Notes under the pieces: generated by a model
Told to the model about the DNA's origin: nothing
Database searches by the model: none
What the model saw: the letters and a program-made list of their open reading frames with translations, nothing else
In this document: one piece after another, positions 9,725 to 18,954 of the stretch
How positions within the stretch are numbered: position 1 is the first letter of the stretch
Layout of the letters: every line of letters begins with the position of its first letter
Made by a program: the position numbers and the translations under genes
Assembly (NCBI GenBank): GCA_010093745.1
Contig: MU006002.1
Span: forward strand, 113,758-133,757
Reading direction: 5' to 3'
Length of the DNA: 20,000 nucleotides
Source of the DNA: Piedraia hortae CBS 480.64
Taxonomy: Eukaryota

Positions 9725-10700
9725 GGCCAGACGACTTCATGTCGATCCACCGCCGGAAAATCGGGAAAATCGATACGAGAATAAAAAAATGCCTCAGCTG
9801 GCCGGCAGCATGGTGGTCCAAAAGAGAGTTGCAGTCCTCACCTCCAACAGAAAAGCCTCAAAAAGTGTCGAGGTCCACATGTCCAGCGCACAGGCCGAAT
9901 GCAAGCCGTCTCTCGCCATCTGCCGCAGGCGACCAGGGTAAGGGTCGATCTTGAGCCAAACTGCTCTGCACCGCCACGTTGTCCGGCCCGAGCCTTTGTT
10001 TTGCACGACATTCATCTGTCGGTCATTAGCTGCTGACTCGAGAGATGCACAACATCTTCTTTTGCTGATGCAGCGCCACCGTCGTGGCACCTATAGCTTT
10101 CTCCAGACCAATCCCTGCTAAGGCTAGCTTCTCTTCCCAGGTGGAGTGGAGAAACGCCATGTGTCGCCCGTCCGTCGGCCAAGACAAGGTTGACGCCGCC
10201 TCTAATCCTCTTCGACTCCTCCCCGGCCCAACTGGTAACATCTTGATTTCCTTCCCCGGTATTGCTTCGTCATTTCGTCATTTAAAACGTTCCGTCGCGG
10301 CAGCAATTACCATCATATATGATGCCCACCTGGCTGTTCGGCCGTGTCCCTGCTTCTGGAGTCTGCCCACCCCGGACTTGATGTGAACGGCGTCAACGGT
10401 TGGCTCCATGCATCTGCGGCACTTCATCAGTAGCCCCCCGACTTGACGGCACCTGCCGTTCAATCCATGTTGCATGCTCTTCTTTAGTCTCCCTGCCTAA
10501 AGCCACCACATGACGACCTTTTTTTTCCCTTCTCCCTTTTTGTGAAACAACGGTCCTGCATGTACATGACTCTATTCAGACTTTGTGCAACAAATCCCAT
10601 GTCGCTTCCTTCATCAACGAAGGTGCCACAGCCTAATTGTCAGCACTGCACGACAATGATAAAGCAAAACACTATTTGATTTTAGTCACTCCAGAAAAAC

Positions 10701-12070
10701 TCACTCCGCAAACGCACACTTCCCCAAATTCCTCTTCTTTGCCAGTCCATCCGGCGAGATGTCAAACTCAAAGATATCCATCGGCACCCCAATCGTGGTG
10801 CACACGTTCGGCACATCCACAATCCCCGCTATATGTCCCTGGATCGGCGCACACGATAGTAGAAGATAGATCTGGTAGTCATTGTACCCTACAACCGTTA
10901 GTCCTCCCATTCTCTGGAAACCATCCAACCCACCAAATCGTCGCAAATACTCCACAACCCTCAAACAAGTCTGTCTATACGCAACCGTAGCATCGAGATG
11001 ATGCTGCTTCCCGTTCTCATCGACCGAGAAACCTTCAAAATAGATATACCTCCCCGGTCCAAACTGCGGCTCGACCGGACCAGGGATATAAATCGGAGAC
11101 TTCATGTCTAGATTCTTCATCCCGTCCTTCATGACGGAGAATTTTATGGTGATGCATCCCGCCATTTCGATCGCCCCACAGAAGGAAATCTCTCCGTCGC
11201 CCTGGCTGAAATGAAGATCGCCAACGGAGAATTTTGCCCCGGCGACGTGGACGGGTAGATAGACTTTGGAGCCCCGGGAGAGATTCTTGATGTCGCAGTT
11301 GCCGCCATGTTCGGGCCTGCCGGGGATTGTGCGTGCTCCTTCGTTGGAGACTTTGGTTTTGGTGGAGGGGTCTGCGGTGCCAGCGTGGGTGTTTTGGGGG
11401 CAAGGGGGTTGGGCGACTACGCGGTTCGAGTGAGTGTGTTCGGAGATTAGTTTTCCCTCACGTTCGTTCCAGGTGTTAAGGATTTCGGGGGATGGAGCAC
11501 AGCCGAGGATTCCGGGATGGATGAGGCCAGGGAAACGAACGCCGGGGATGTGACGGGATGAGCAGTATATGCCTTCAAAGTCCCAGATGGCTTTTGCGGC
11601 TTTGGGGTAAAATTCATCGAGGAAGCCCCCGCCGTTTTCTTTGGCAAAGATGTCGCAGTAGCCCCATGGTGAATCTTCGAGGGGTTGGATGTCGACGATG
11701 TCGACGACTAATACGTCGCCTGGTTCGGCTGTTTCGATTTCAAAGGGGCCAGTGAGATAGTGGATCTTGGTTAGATCAACGTCTCGAATGTCGTTTGCGG
11801 AGTCGTTGTTCTTGATCTGCCCACCGGTCCAGTCGATGCACTCGATCTTGACCGACTCTCCGTTCTTTATGGTGCCGTAGCATGGAACTGCCAACGTCAG
11901 TCTGCCTATATAACCGTCTCAGAACCCACTGTCGGGATGCCAGCGATTCTAAACTCTGACGTCAACTAGGGACGGTACGATATGATAATACTCACATGCA
12001 AATAGGGCAGTGTAGCTGCATCTTTTGTCAAGTCGACCTTGGCTGCATATCTTATTCCTTTCTCCGGCAT
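10701..12070 (-). CDS. fmdS: Formamidase (acetamidase/formamidase FmdA/AmdA family), 411 aa; exons 12070-11996, 11948-11930, 11887-10934, 10888-10701
   Basis: Spliced model reads MPEKGIRYAAKVDL..PYLH|NRWHPD|IPCYG..IECIDWTGGQIKNNDSANDIRDVDLTKIHYLTGP..GARTIPGRPEHGGNCDIKNL..GDLHFSQGDGEISFCGAIEMAG..YLRRF|GYNDYQIYLLLSCAP. Introns are 11995-11949 (47 nt, GTGAGT..TAG), 11929-11888 (42 nt, GTGGGT..CTGAC..CAG) and 10933-10889 (45 nt, GTGGGT..ACTAAC..TAG). Confidence 0.96.
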
Positions 12071-12234
12071 GTCGACAATTGTTGGGAAAGGGGGAGCAGA
12101 GAATCCTCCAGTTATACCTACATGCGGGGAAACTCGTGCATGGAACGGCTGATAAGATATATTACAATAGCTGATGCATTACCCCACACATATGCATAGC
12201 TAGGTCCCATAAAGTCGTTGAGCATGTCTTATCA
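12071..12234 (-). promoter_or_regulatory. Compact fmdS promoter / usgS 3' region with GATA (AreA-type) sites
   Basis: TGATAAGATA at 12150-12159 (+), TGATAAG at 12234-12228 (-), and a CreA-type SYGGRG (GCGGGG) at 12124-12129. AreA control of fmdS is established in A. nidulans; function here is inferred. Confidence 0.5.
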
Positions 12235-13405
12235 GGCGAATTGCTTGGTCGGCACCGGACTCCCCACCATTTCAGGGTGGAGGAGTCTCCCGCTGGCTTT
12301 GATATTGAGCTTGTCCAGCTTGTCTAAGGGCAAGCTAAGAAACTCGTGCTTGTTGACCCACTTAATGTCCCTCTGCTTGAAGAGCTCTGCCTCCGCAGGC
12401 GGCGGCGGAGGGCTTGTGATCTTTGTGATCAGATAAGCCGTGGAGGCCTCAGCAATGCCGTAAATCAACACTCCCAGCAATGGGATTTTGAGGATGATGA
12501 AGAACGCTAAAGCAAAGCCGTAAAGCACGCCCTCTCGCTCCTTGAACCACATCTTCTTTTGCTGAGGAGAGAAGTGGAGACGGGAAAAATATGGCTCAAG
12601 CTGTTCTGTTAGCCGGCCTCTACATATAATCTTGGGGAAACTTTACCAGCTCTCGCATCAAGCCTCTGCTAGAAAAGTAGCTCTGAAGAAACCGAACGAG
12701 ATATCGTTTGGGTACAAACACACTGCTTCCGAAAATTATAACAGCCGGCTGCCACCCGACTGCCTTGTTAAAAGTGTAGAAACTGGCTGCCGGCAGCACC
12801 AGAGGGCCGATATACGGCAAGAAAGAGGCAAGGTAGACTACAAGGGAAGTGGCAGTTCTCTTCCCAAAGCGTTTCAAGAAGGCGGTGACGGCATCAGACG
12901 TACTATGTCTCGGTTTCCGTTCAACCTCGCTTCCTCGAGTGTCGTACAGACGTAAATTGGGGTAGTACATGGCTCGTAATGCTGCTGGATCCTCGCTGTG
13001 GTGTTTCTGAACATATGTCCGATCAACCCAAGCCAGAGAATCCATAAACATTTGGTCCATTGCCGGGCTCATGTACCGAATCAAAGACATTAGAAAAAAC
13101 GGCAGCTGCAGAACCGAATGTTCGAGGAATCTTGTGCCATTTACCAATTTCTCATCCCATGTTACTTGAGAAAGATCGGTAAATAACCCAGCAATGACAA
13201 TTAAAGCCCTGACGCTCCAAGTTGGAATCAACAAGATGAGCCTAATGACTATCCCAGCAGCAACGGCATAGGCAGCCTGACGGTAATGAGTGTTTGTAAA
13301 GATTGCCGGGTTTTGAAGGGCGCGGTTGGCGCCAACGAGGGTGAGCTGGGCACCGCGGAGAATGGCATTGGGCTCAAATGAACCCAGAAAGGAAAAATCA
13401 GACAT
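12232..13405 (-). CDS. usgS: Transmembrane protein of the UsgS family, 375 aa; exons 13405-12647 and 12600-12232
   Basis: MSDF..FEPNAILRGAQLTLVGANRALQNP..HYRQAA, several hydrophobic segments, MFMDSLAWVD, LVLPAASFYTF. A 46-nt intron GTAAAG..GCTAAC..CAG (12646-12601) joins GLMREL to LEPYFSRLHFS..WFKEREGVLYGF..IYGIAEASTAYLITKITSPPPPP. It lies directly upstream of fmdS. Confidence 0.85.
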
Positions 13406-13525
13406 TGACAATTGGTTTCTTTGTGGGTTTCCTTTATCAATTCTTGAGGTGCAGCGCATCGACCCCGCCTTATGACGCAATGCGCAATGCGACCACGACA
13501 TCACCGCGACACCCACCCCAGCCTC

Positions 13526-15295
13526 ATGTCGCGCACCGCGCCCTCTACCCCGGGCCTGCGTCCCCCGTCCCTTGATCGATCATTTTCTCAGCGCAGAGGG
13601 AGCTCATTTTTACCGCCTACTGAAGCTGAAGTGGAGAGAAAGGAATCGCTATACACGCATCAGCATGCCAAAGTCTTCCAGCTTGTTGTACCCGAAGTTG
13701 GCCATAGATCGGGGCTACCATGGGCAACGACTACGGATAGAACAGTTGCCGCAGGTTTCTTGGAAATTTACCGCGTCAAGGGCATGGGCACATACCTCAG
13801 ATCCGGTTCATTGCTGAAGCCGATCATGCGAAGGAGCCAGTGCTGGTGCGTGGATGGCGTTAGTAAATTTGCACTCAAGGTGCTCCCAAACACTTTTTAC
13901 CGTGTGGAGCTGCCAGGCGAGACTGAAGAGGATCTAGAGCGGGTGGAAGAGCTGAAGAAGACTTGGGATGCTGTGCTTTCATATGAGAAGACTGCCTGTC
14001 CATTTGCGCGAACCTTTACTGTAGACGTACCCGAGGAGGATGAAGTCCCTTTCAAAAGAGGCCGTAGAGTGAGCCATGGCCCGGCAAAGAGGTGGAAGTT
14101 GGATCGTGAATTCAGTTGGACCAGAGAAGACGGGGAGCCATACTATGGCGAGATGCCAGTCACGCCTTCGAGGAGATCAGTGACGGTTCCGAACACACCT
14201 GCTTTGTGGGGTGATCCACGGCGAAGTCCTGAGCCAATCCATGAGGACCAGGAGGCTAGTATCACACTGCCAAACGGGAGTAGTGAAGATGGTGGTCTTG
14301 GGTTGTACAGAACAAAGGCTGGAGACATTCCCGTTCTTCTTTCCAGCAGTCCAAATGGGCATTCTTCTGACATTGCAGGCAGGATAAGTCCAGCAAAGTC
14401 TGACAAATCAATTGTTGCTGACACGCACGACAAAGGCGAGGGTCTATTCTGCAATCATGACAGTAGTCGCGATGCGGAGACAACAGCTTCAGATATGGAA
14501 CCCTCCCCGTTAAAGTCTACTGGCATCCAACCCACATCTCCTCTGCAGGAGAAGCCTTTGTCTCCAAGTCCTAGCCCTAGCAGGTCTCCCAAAGAGCTCC
14601 CTGAATCATTATCCCCGTCCAAGAAGGAATTATCAATATCGTCCTCACCTAAGGCGAACTCCTCACCGCCATCAACTAAGAAACAATCCCCATCACCGCC
14701 CTCAACCCCTCCTCTACAGCTGTCTCAGGCGTCTCCATCAAGGGACCCTCCATCTCCATCAAAGGACTCTGTATTTCCCTCGAAAGGCTCTCCATCCCCA
14801 TCAAAAGACCCACGGAGGCAATATCCATCCGAGTCGAAAGACTCGCCACTTCAACCTAAGAATACCTCATCTCCATTGAAACCCTCCCCGTCTCCAGCAC
14901 AGACCTCATCAATCCCATCGAAAGAGCCTTCGACCCCGTCAAAAGACCCCTCATCCCCATCTAAAGAACCCTCCCCCACCAAAGGTAAAACAGACCCCTA
15001 TACCCAAATCCAACACCGCATCCTTGCCCGTCGCTCACTCGGCCTAACCATCCCCTCCCACCAACCTCGCAAAACACCCCCCTCACCCACCCAATTAACC
15101 ACAATGTCCATTTCGCGGTATGCCCCTTCCCCCGTTGACGACGAAGGGCTACTCTACTGCGGGTTAAAAAGACTTTGTTACCTCGTAGGGAGGGTCTTCG
15201 GACTCGGGGAGAGTGAGGAGACGCATGAGCAGGGGAGTTCGGTTATGATGTCGAAGACGAATGCTACTAGGCGGGAGGAAGTTCAAGGGAAGTGA
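13526..15295 (+). CDS. inp1: Inheritance of peroxisomes protein 1 (Inp1)-domain protein with a Ser/Pro-rich C-terminal half, ~589 aa
   Basis: LYTHQHAKVF..LPWATTTDRTVAAGFLEIYRV..YLRSGSLLKPIMRRSQCWCVDGVSKFAL..FYRVELP..VLSYEKTACPFARTF is characteristic of the Pezizomycotina Inp1 domain. The start is uncertain (in-frame ATGs at 13472, 13487, 13526). Confidence 0.82.
   Translation: MSRTAPSTPGLRPPSLDRSFSQRRGSSFLPPTEAEVERKESLYTHQHAKVFQLVVPEVGHRSGLPWATTTDRTVAAGFLEIYRVKGMGTYLRSGSLLKPIMRRSQCWCVDGVSKFALKVLPNTFYRVELPGETEEDLERVEELKKTWDAVLSYEKTACPFARTFTVDVPEEDEVPFKRGRRVSHGPAKRWKLDREFSWTREDGEPYYGEMPVTPSRRSVTVPNTPALWGDPRRSPEPIHEDQEASITLPNGSSEDGGLGLYRTKAGDIPVLLSSSPNGHSSDIAGRISPAKSDKSIVADTHDKGEGLFCNHDSSRDAETTASDMEPSPLKSTGIQPTSPLQEKPLSPSPSPSRSPKELPESLSPSKKELSISSSPKANSSPPSTKKQSPSPPSTPPLQLSQASPSRDPPSPSKDSVFPSKGSPSPSKDPRRQYPSESKDSPLQPKNTSSPLKPSPSPAQTSSIPSKEPSTPSKDPSSPSKEPSPTKGKTDPYTQIQHRILARRSLGLTIPSHQPRKTPPSPTQLTTMSISRYAPSPVDDEGLLYCGLKRLCYLVGRVFGLGESEETHEQGSSVMMSKTNATRREEVQGK
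14729..14980 (+). repeat. Degenerate 21-nt (7-aa) coding tandem repeats, consensus xSPSK(D/E)P
   Basis: ASPSRDP-PSPSKDS-VFPSKGS-PSPSKDP (14729-14812) and SIPSKEP-STPSKDP-SSPSKEP (14909-14971). Confidence 0.75.
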
Positions 15296-16580
15296 TGATA
15301 ATGTCTTCATCAACGCACATTTCTTCTCAGTTGGTGTTTAAGAATTATGTGGATATGTTCTATGAGTATATACGAACACGCTTGTACTGTGTCGGACTAG
15401 CGGATGGAGGATTTCTATGAACAGATTATGAGGTAGAGAGCTTGGGAGGGGAGGAGATGCCCTGCGATGTAGCCTTCTCCACTTCCAAGCCGTTCGTTGA
15501 CGACTGGGAGAATGATTCTCACGGGCGAGGCGAGGCGATGTGATGCTTTGGTGGGCTCGAGCAAAGTGTGCTGTAGCGCTTTCGAGTGTAGTCAGGCACC
15601 TGGTGGGGTTGCTGACCAACTGCGCCGGCATATTAGTCCTCTCCAAATGGTCATGAACAGACTGCTACTTCGGTGGAAAGCCATCTGGTTCGTTGGACTT
15701 CGGGATTTGGAGGTTGCAAAGCAGGAAGGTTGCCTTGGGATGGCGGGATTGGGAATTTTGATGAGGAGTAAGTCTGGGAGCTTTCTGGGTTGTATTGTGT
15801 TGGATTCAAGCATCGCCGCTAGCGCGTATGCAGGGCACTTGCATAGCAAGTCAGCGATACCTCCTACACTACCGGCTGCACCCTAGGTTTTTCCCTCACA
15901 GAGGTTTTCCCTCAGGGTCATGTCATATGTGACATGGTGAATACGCCCCGCTAGTGTACGACGCGACGTCACCGGCCCACCGGTACAGAATTTTCATTCT
16001 GACGTCCCCTTATAGAGACACATAGTCATTCACACTACCATACTGCAACTGGTATTTTGACTTACATACATCTACATCTTTCCTGTCCCTGATTCCGTCT
16101 ATCGCTCCGTCCTCTTCGGGTCGCTGTGCACTCTCACCCACGAGAGCTACATATCTACATATTGTGATCTTATTGTCAGTGATGTAGCTCATGCGGTTGT
16201 TAATGATTGTGTGAAACGGTAAACCCATGCTTCTCAGGATTTTTACCTCTATAGGAGGAAGTTTTCCCTGGGACGAGGTACGGTGCCGATTCATGCTCTG
16301 TGTGCTCGGTGACGTGGTCTCGGTGAATGCGGCTAGACCTTGGTTAGCGTGAGGTGAAGTTCGGCGCTTCACCTCCACAGATCACCAAAACACATGCATG
16401 TGCCTCACACATCATTGCCTGCCAAATACATCCCACAAGACCCAGTTTCTAGCTTTGTGGAATGGTTTTTTGTGGCATGACCTTGGTACAATCTAGCCTC
16501 ACAACATCTTTCGCAAACGCTTAGTTAAACACGCAGTATTACATACTACATTTCTGTCGCACTAGTCCTACCTCGCCTTC

Positions 16581-17093
16581 TCAACCAAACCCCGTTCCCG
16601 ATCCCCTTTCGACAGACCAATAAATTGCCTGAAATGATTCATTCAGCAACCTGGGATCGATAGAGTGGGCCTCATTTGCCCTAGCCTGCTTCGCGAGACT
16701 GTCCCTCATGATCGCTTGGTCAATACACTGGCTGACATACGCAGATATGCACGGTCCCGCCATCGCAGGCGCGGTCCCGCTGTCCTGATGAGCATAGTAA
16801 GGGCTGGCAGCGGCTGGATTTCCCTGTGTGAACGTATTAAACTGAAGGCCAAGCCCGTACGCAGGGTACTGCATTTGTACAGCCGGTAGATACCCTTGCA
16901 CATGCACACCGGGATTGGTGTAATGGAACCAGGCTGGGGCGTTAATGCCGGCCATGTGGTGCAGATACGGAAGGTCTTCTGGACCAGCCTGCAGACCGTG
17001 ATGATCGGGAGGCATTTCAATGTGTACTCGGTTGTGCGCTTTCCACTTGATGTCAACGATCAGCTTATGTACTTGCCTTGAATGGCGGTACAA
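16581..17093 (-). CDS. Hypothetical orphan ORF or last piece of a decayed gene (up to 170 aa, Q/P/A/Y-rich, IDPRLL motif)
   Basis: Open frame with low-complexity composition and IDPRLL, a motif seen in disordered regions of fungal proteins. No recognised domain; start unclear. Confidence 0.3.
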   Translation of the reverse strand: MYRHSRQVHKLIVDIKWKAHNRVHIEMPPDHHGLQAGPEDLPYLHHMAGINAPAWFHYTNPGVHVQGYLPAVQMQYPAYGLGLQFNTFTQGNPAAASPYYAHQDSGTAPAMAGPCISAYVSQCIDQAIMRDSLAKQARANEAHSIDPRLLNESFQAIYWSVERGSGTGFG

Positions 17094-18954
17094 ACACCCT
17101 GGGCGGTTGAAACCTGGATGTTGCAGGCAAATGTGACAATTGTTGGGCTGGGTTTTGGTGTGCTTGGTTCGAACGTGCTGAGCAACATTATAAGCGCAAT
17201 TGAAGCGACGAATGTGGCCATCCTTGTCGAGACATTTCCATGGACAATGGTGGATCTTTGGACATTCTTGCTTCTTGCAGTTCTTACGTGCCGGAAGTTC
17301 GGCAGAGTGAATATCGGTGGAGACACTGGATGACTGGATATTCGGGTGTGATTGTGACTACCGGCAGCGATCCAGGGCTCAAAGGTAGGAAGCTGTGGAT
17401 ATATGTGCTCCTGAGAAAGTCCGAGATCAGCTGCTGAGTATGCGACCAGCACATTTACATGCTGCGATGTCGGTCCAGCTTTGCTCAGCCCATTTGGATT
17501 ATCTTGCTGGGCAACAACCTTCGAGCCAGATGCTGAAGATGCGACCAGCGCACCCAAATGCTCAGACTTTGGGAGTGCGAGTCTGGGTTTGCCCAGCCCA
17601 ATTGTGAGATTCTGCTGAACAATAGGCACCTGAGAGTGTACGCCAGCCGGGCCTTTTGTGGGTCATTGTTGTCGAACGCGTTGTTCTTCTCTTGACCATA
17701 TAAGGATTGAGATGCCTGTCCGGAACTATTCGCCTCAAGCTGATCGTCAACGAGATTGGTCTGGTTTCGTTTTTGGGCATGACATAACCATACGGAGTGA
17801 TACAATTGACTATAACACCCTCAGCATTTGCGCTCTAGTTTTCAGCCGGAGGTGGAAGGCCAAGGCCTTAAAACAGATTGCTCCAGTCAATATCCATGTT
17901 GTCCAGTGCGCTGTCGAACATATGCAGATCGAGGTCCTCCAGCTTGGTGCCTGGGTCTTCAGCACTGGGGTTGCATGCATCGCTGGCATGTCCACTGGAG
18001 AAATCCATCGTTGGTGGCAGGAACAAATAGAATTGGAAGCAAGTCAATGAGCGGTAGTGGCATGATGATCGAAATCGGTATGGAATTGAAAGTGACTTGA
18101 TTAAGCAAGACTAGGATCTCGACGTCTGGAATATATTGCTGGGCGCTGATGCCCCTAACGCAGCGGCGCGTGCAATCTAGCGACAATCCCAAAGTGCTTA
18201 CAATGTTTGCACCGTTGGAAACAAGGCCATTTTTTCTTTGTTACATGTCTCAAATGGATTCGGAAGATGCCACCTGCGCAGAGACAGCACCATGGTAGAC
18301 CTTGGTGACAACGACATATTGGGAATGTTTCAGAATTTCCATGAGTCACGATGCCCTTCACAGGCCTCGGAAAATGGTAAGTGAATGGCAGTGCAGCATA
18401 TCGATGTTCGTCCATTCTGTTATTTCTTCCGAGCAAAACTTCGCTTAAAAAAGGCCTTCAGTACATACATGCGGACTTTCTCCTTGTGTTCCAGCCTTTC
18501 TTCGGTTCATCAGTAAGGTGATAGGGTGCGCCCCAGACCTTATCGTCATCTGTGGTATCGTTTGTGAAATCCATCACGGGAAGGCCCGTTAGGTTAACCT
18601 ACAAGATACTTGAGCAAATTGTTGTCTGCTTTGTTTCTATCTATCTACATGACTAACTGAACAAGTGTTGGCTCAACGTCGAAGATTCGGAGCACGACTT
18701 GCCAGTGGGCATGCTGGTAAGCCAATATGGTGACATGTGGATCTCCCAAACGTCAGAGCTCCAGAGATTGTCCCGTCTGGTGCCACACCCCTCGTTACTG
18801 AGAACGTTGCCGTCTATCCCCCCTTCGCGTAGAAAGTTGCCGTTAGTAGAGCATCCTTGTTAACCATCGGACCTTGCCCTCCGATGCCTCCTATTCATGT
18901 GGTGCACCTGCTCAGATACGTCTCAACGCGCTCACCCAGATTCGACGAACCGCT

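Noticed and set aside
11957..11964. CRE palindrome TGACGTCA inside fmdS
   Set aside because: It overlaps the probable branch-point region (GTTGAC) of intron 1 and is explained by splicing signal or chance.
10701..12070. Recent bacterial horizontal transfer of formamidase
   Set aside because: Three spliceosomal introns, a fungal-type sequence and linkage to usgS indicate vertical fungal inheritance.
6617..13405. Secondary-metabolite cluster controlled by the Zn2Cys6 factor
   Set aside because: No PKS/NRPS/terpene or tailoring genes; neighbours are housekeeping or signalling genes.
17071..17078. AG|GCAAGT GC-type donor that might join ORFs 17629-17060 and 17093-16581
   Set aside because: I found no acceptor at plausible distance with a good branch site that restores the downstream frame.
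18155..18436. Cys-rich 93-aa ORF as a zinc finger or secreted effector
   Set aside because: Cys spacing matches no finger I recognise, there is no signal peptide and no start support; kept only as part of the possible decayed-gene chain.
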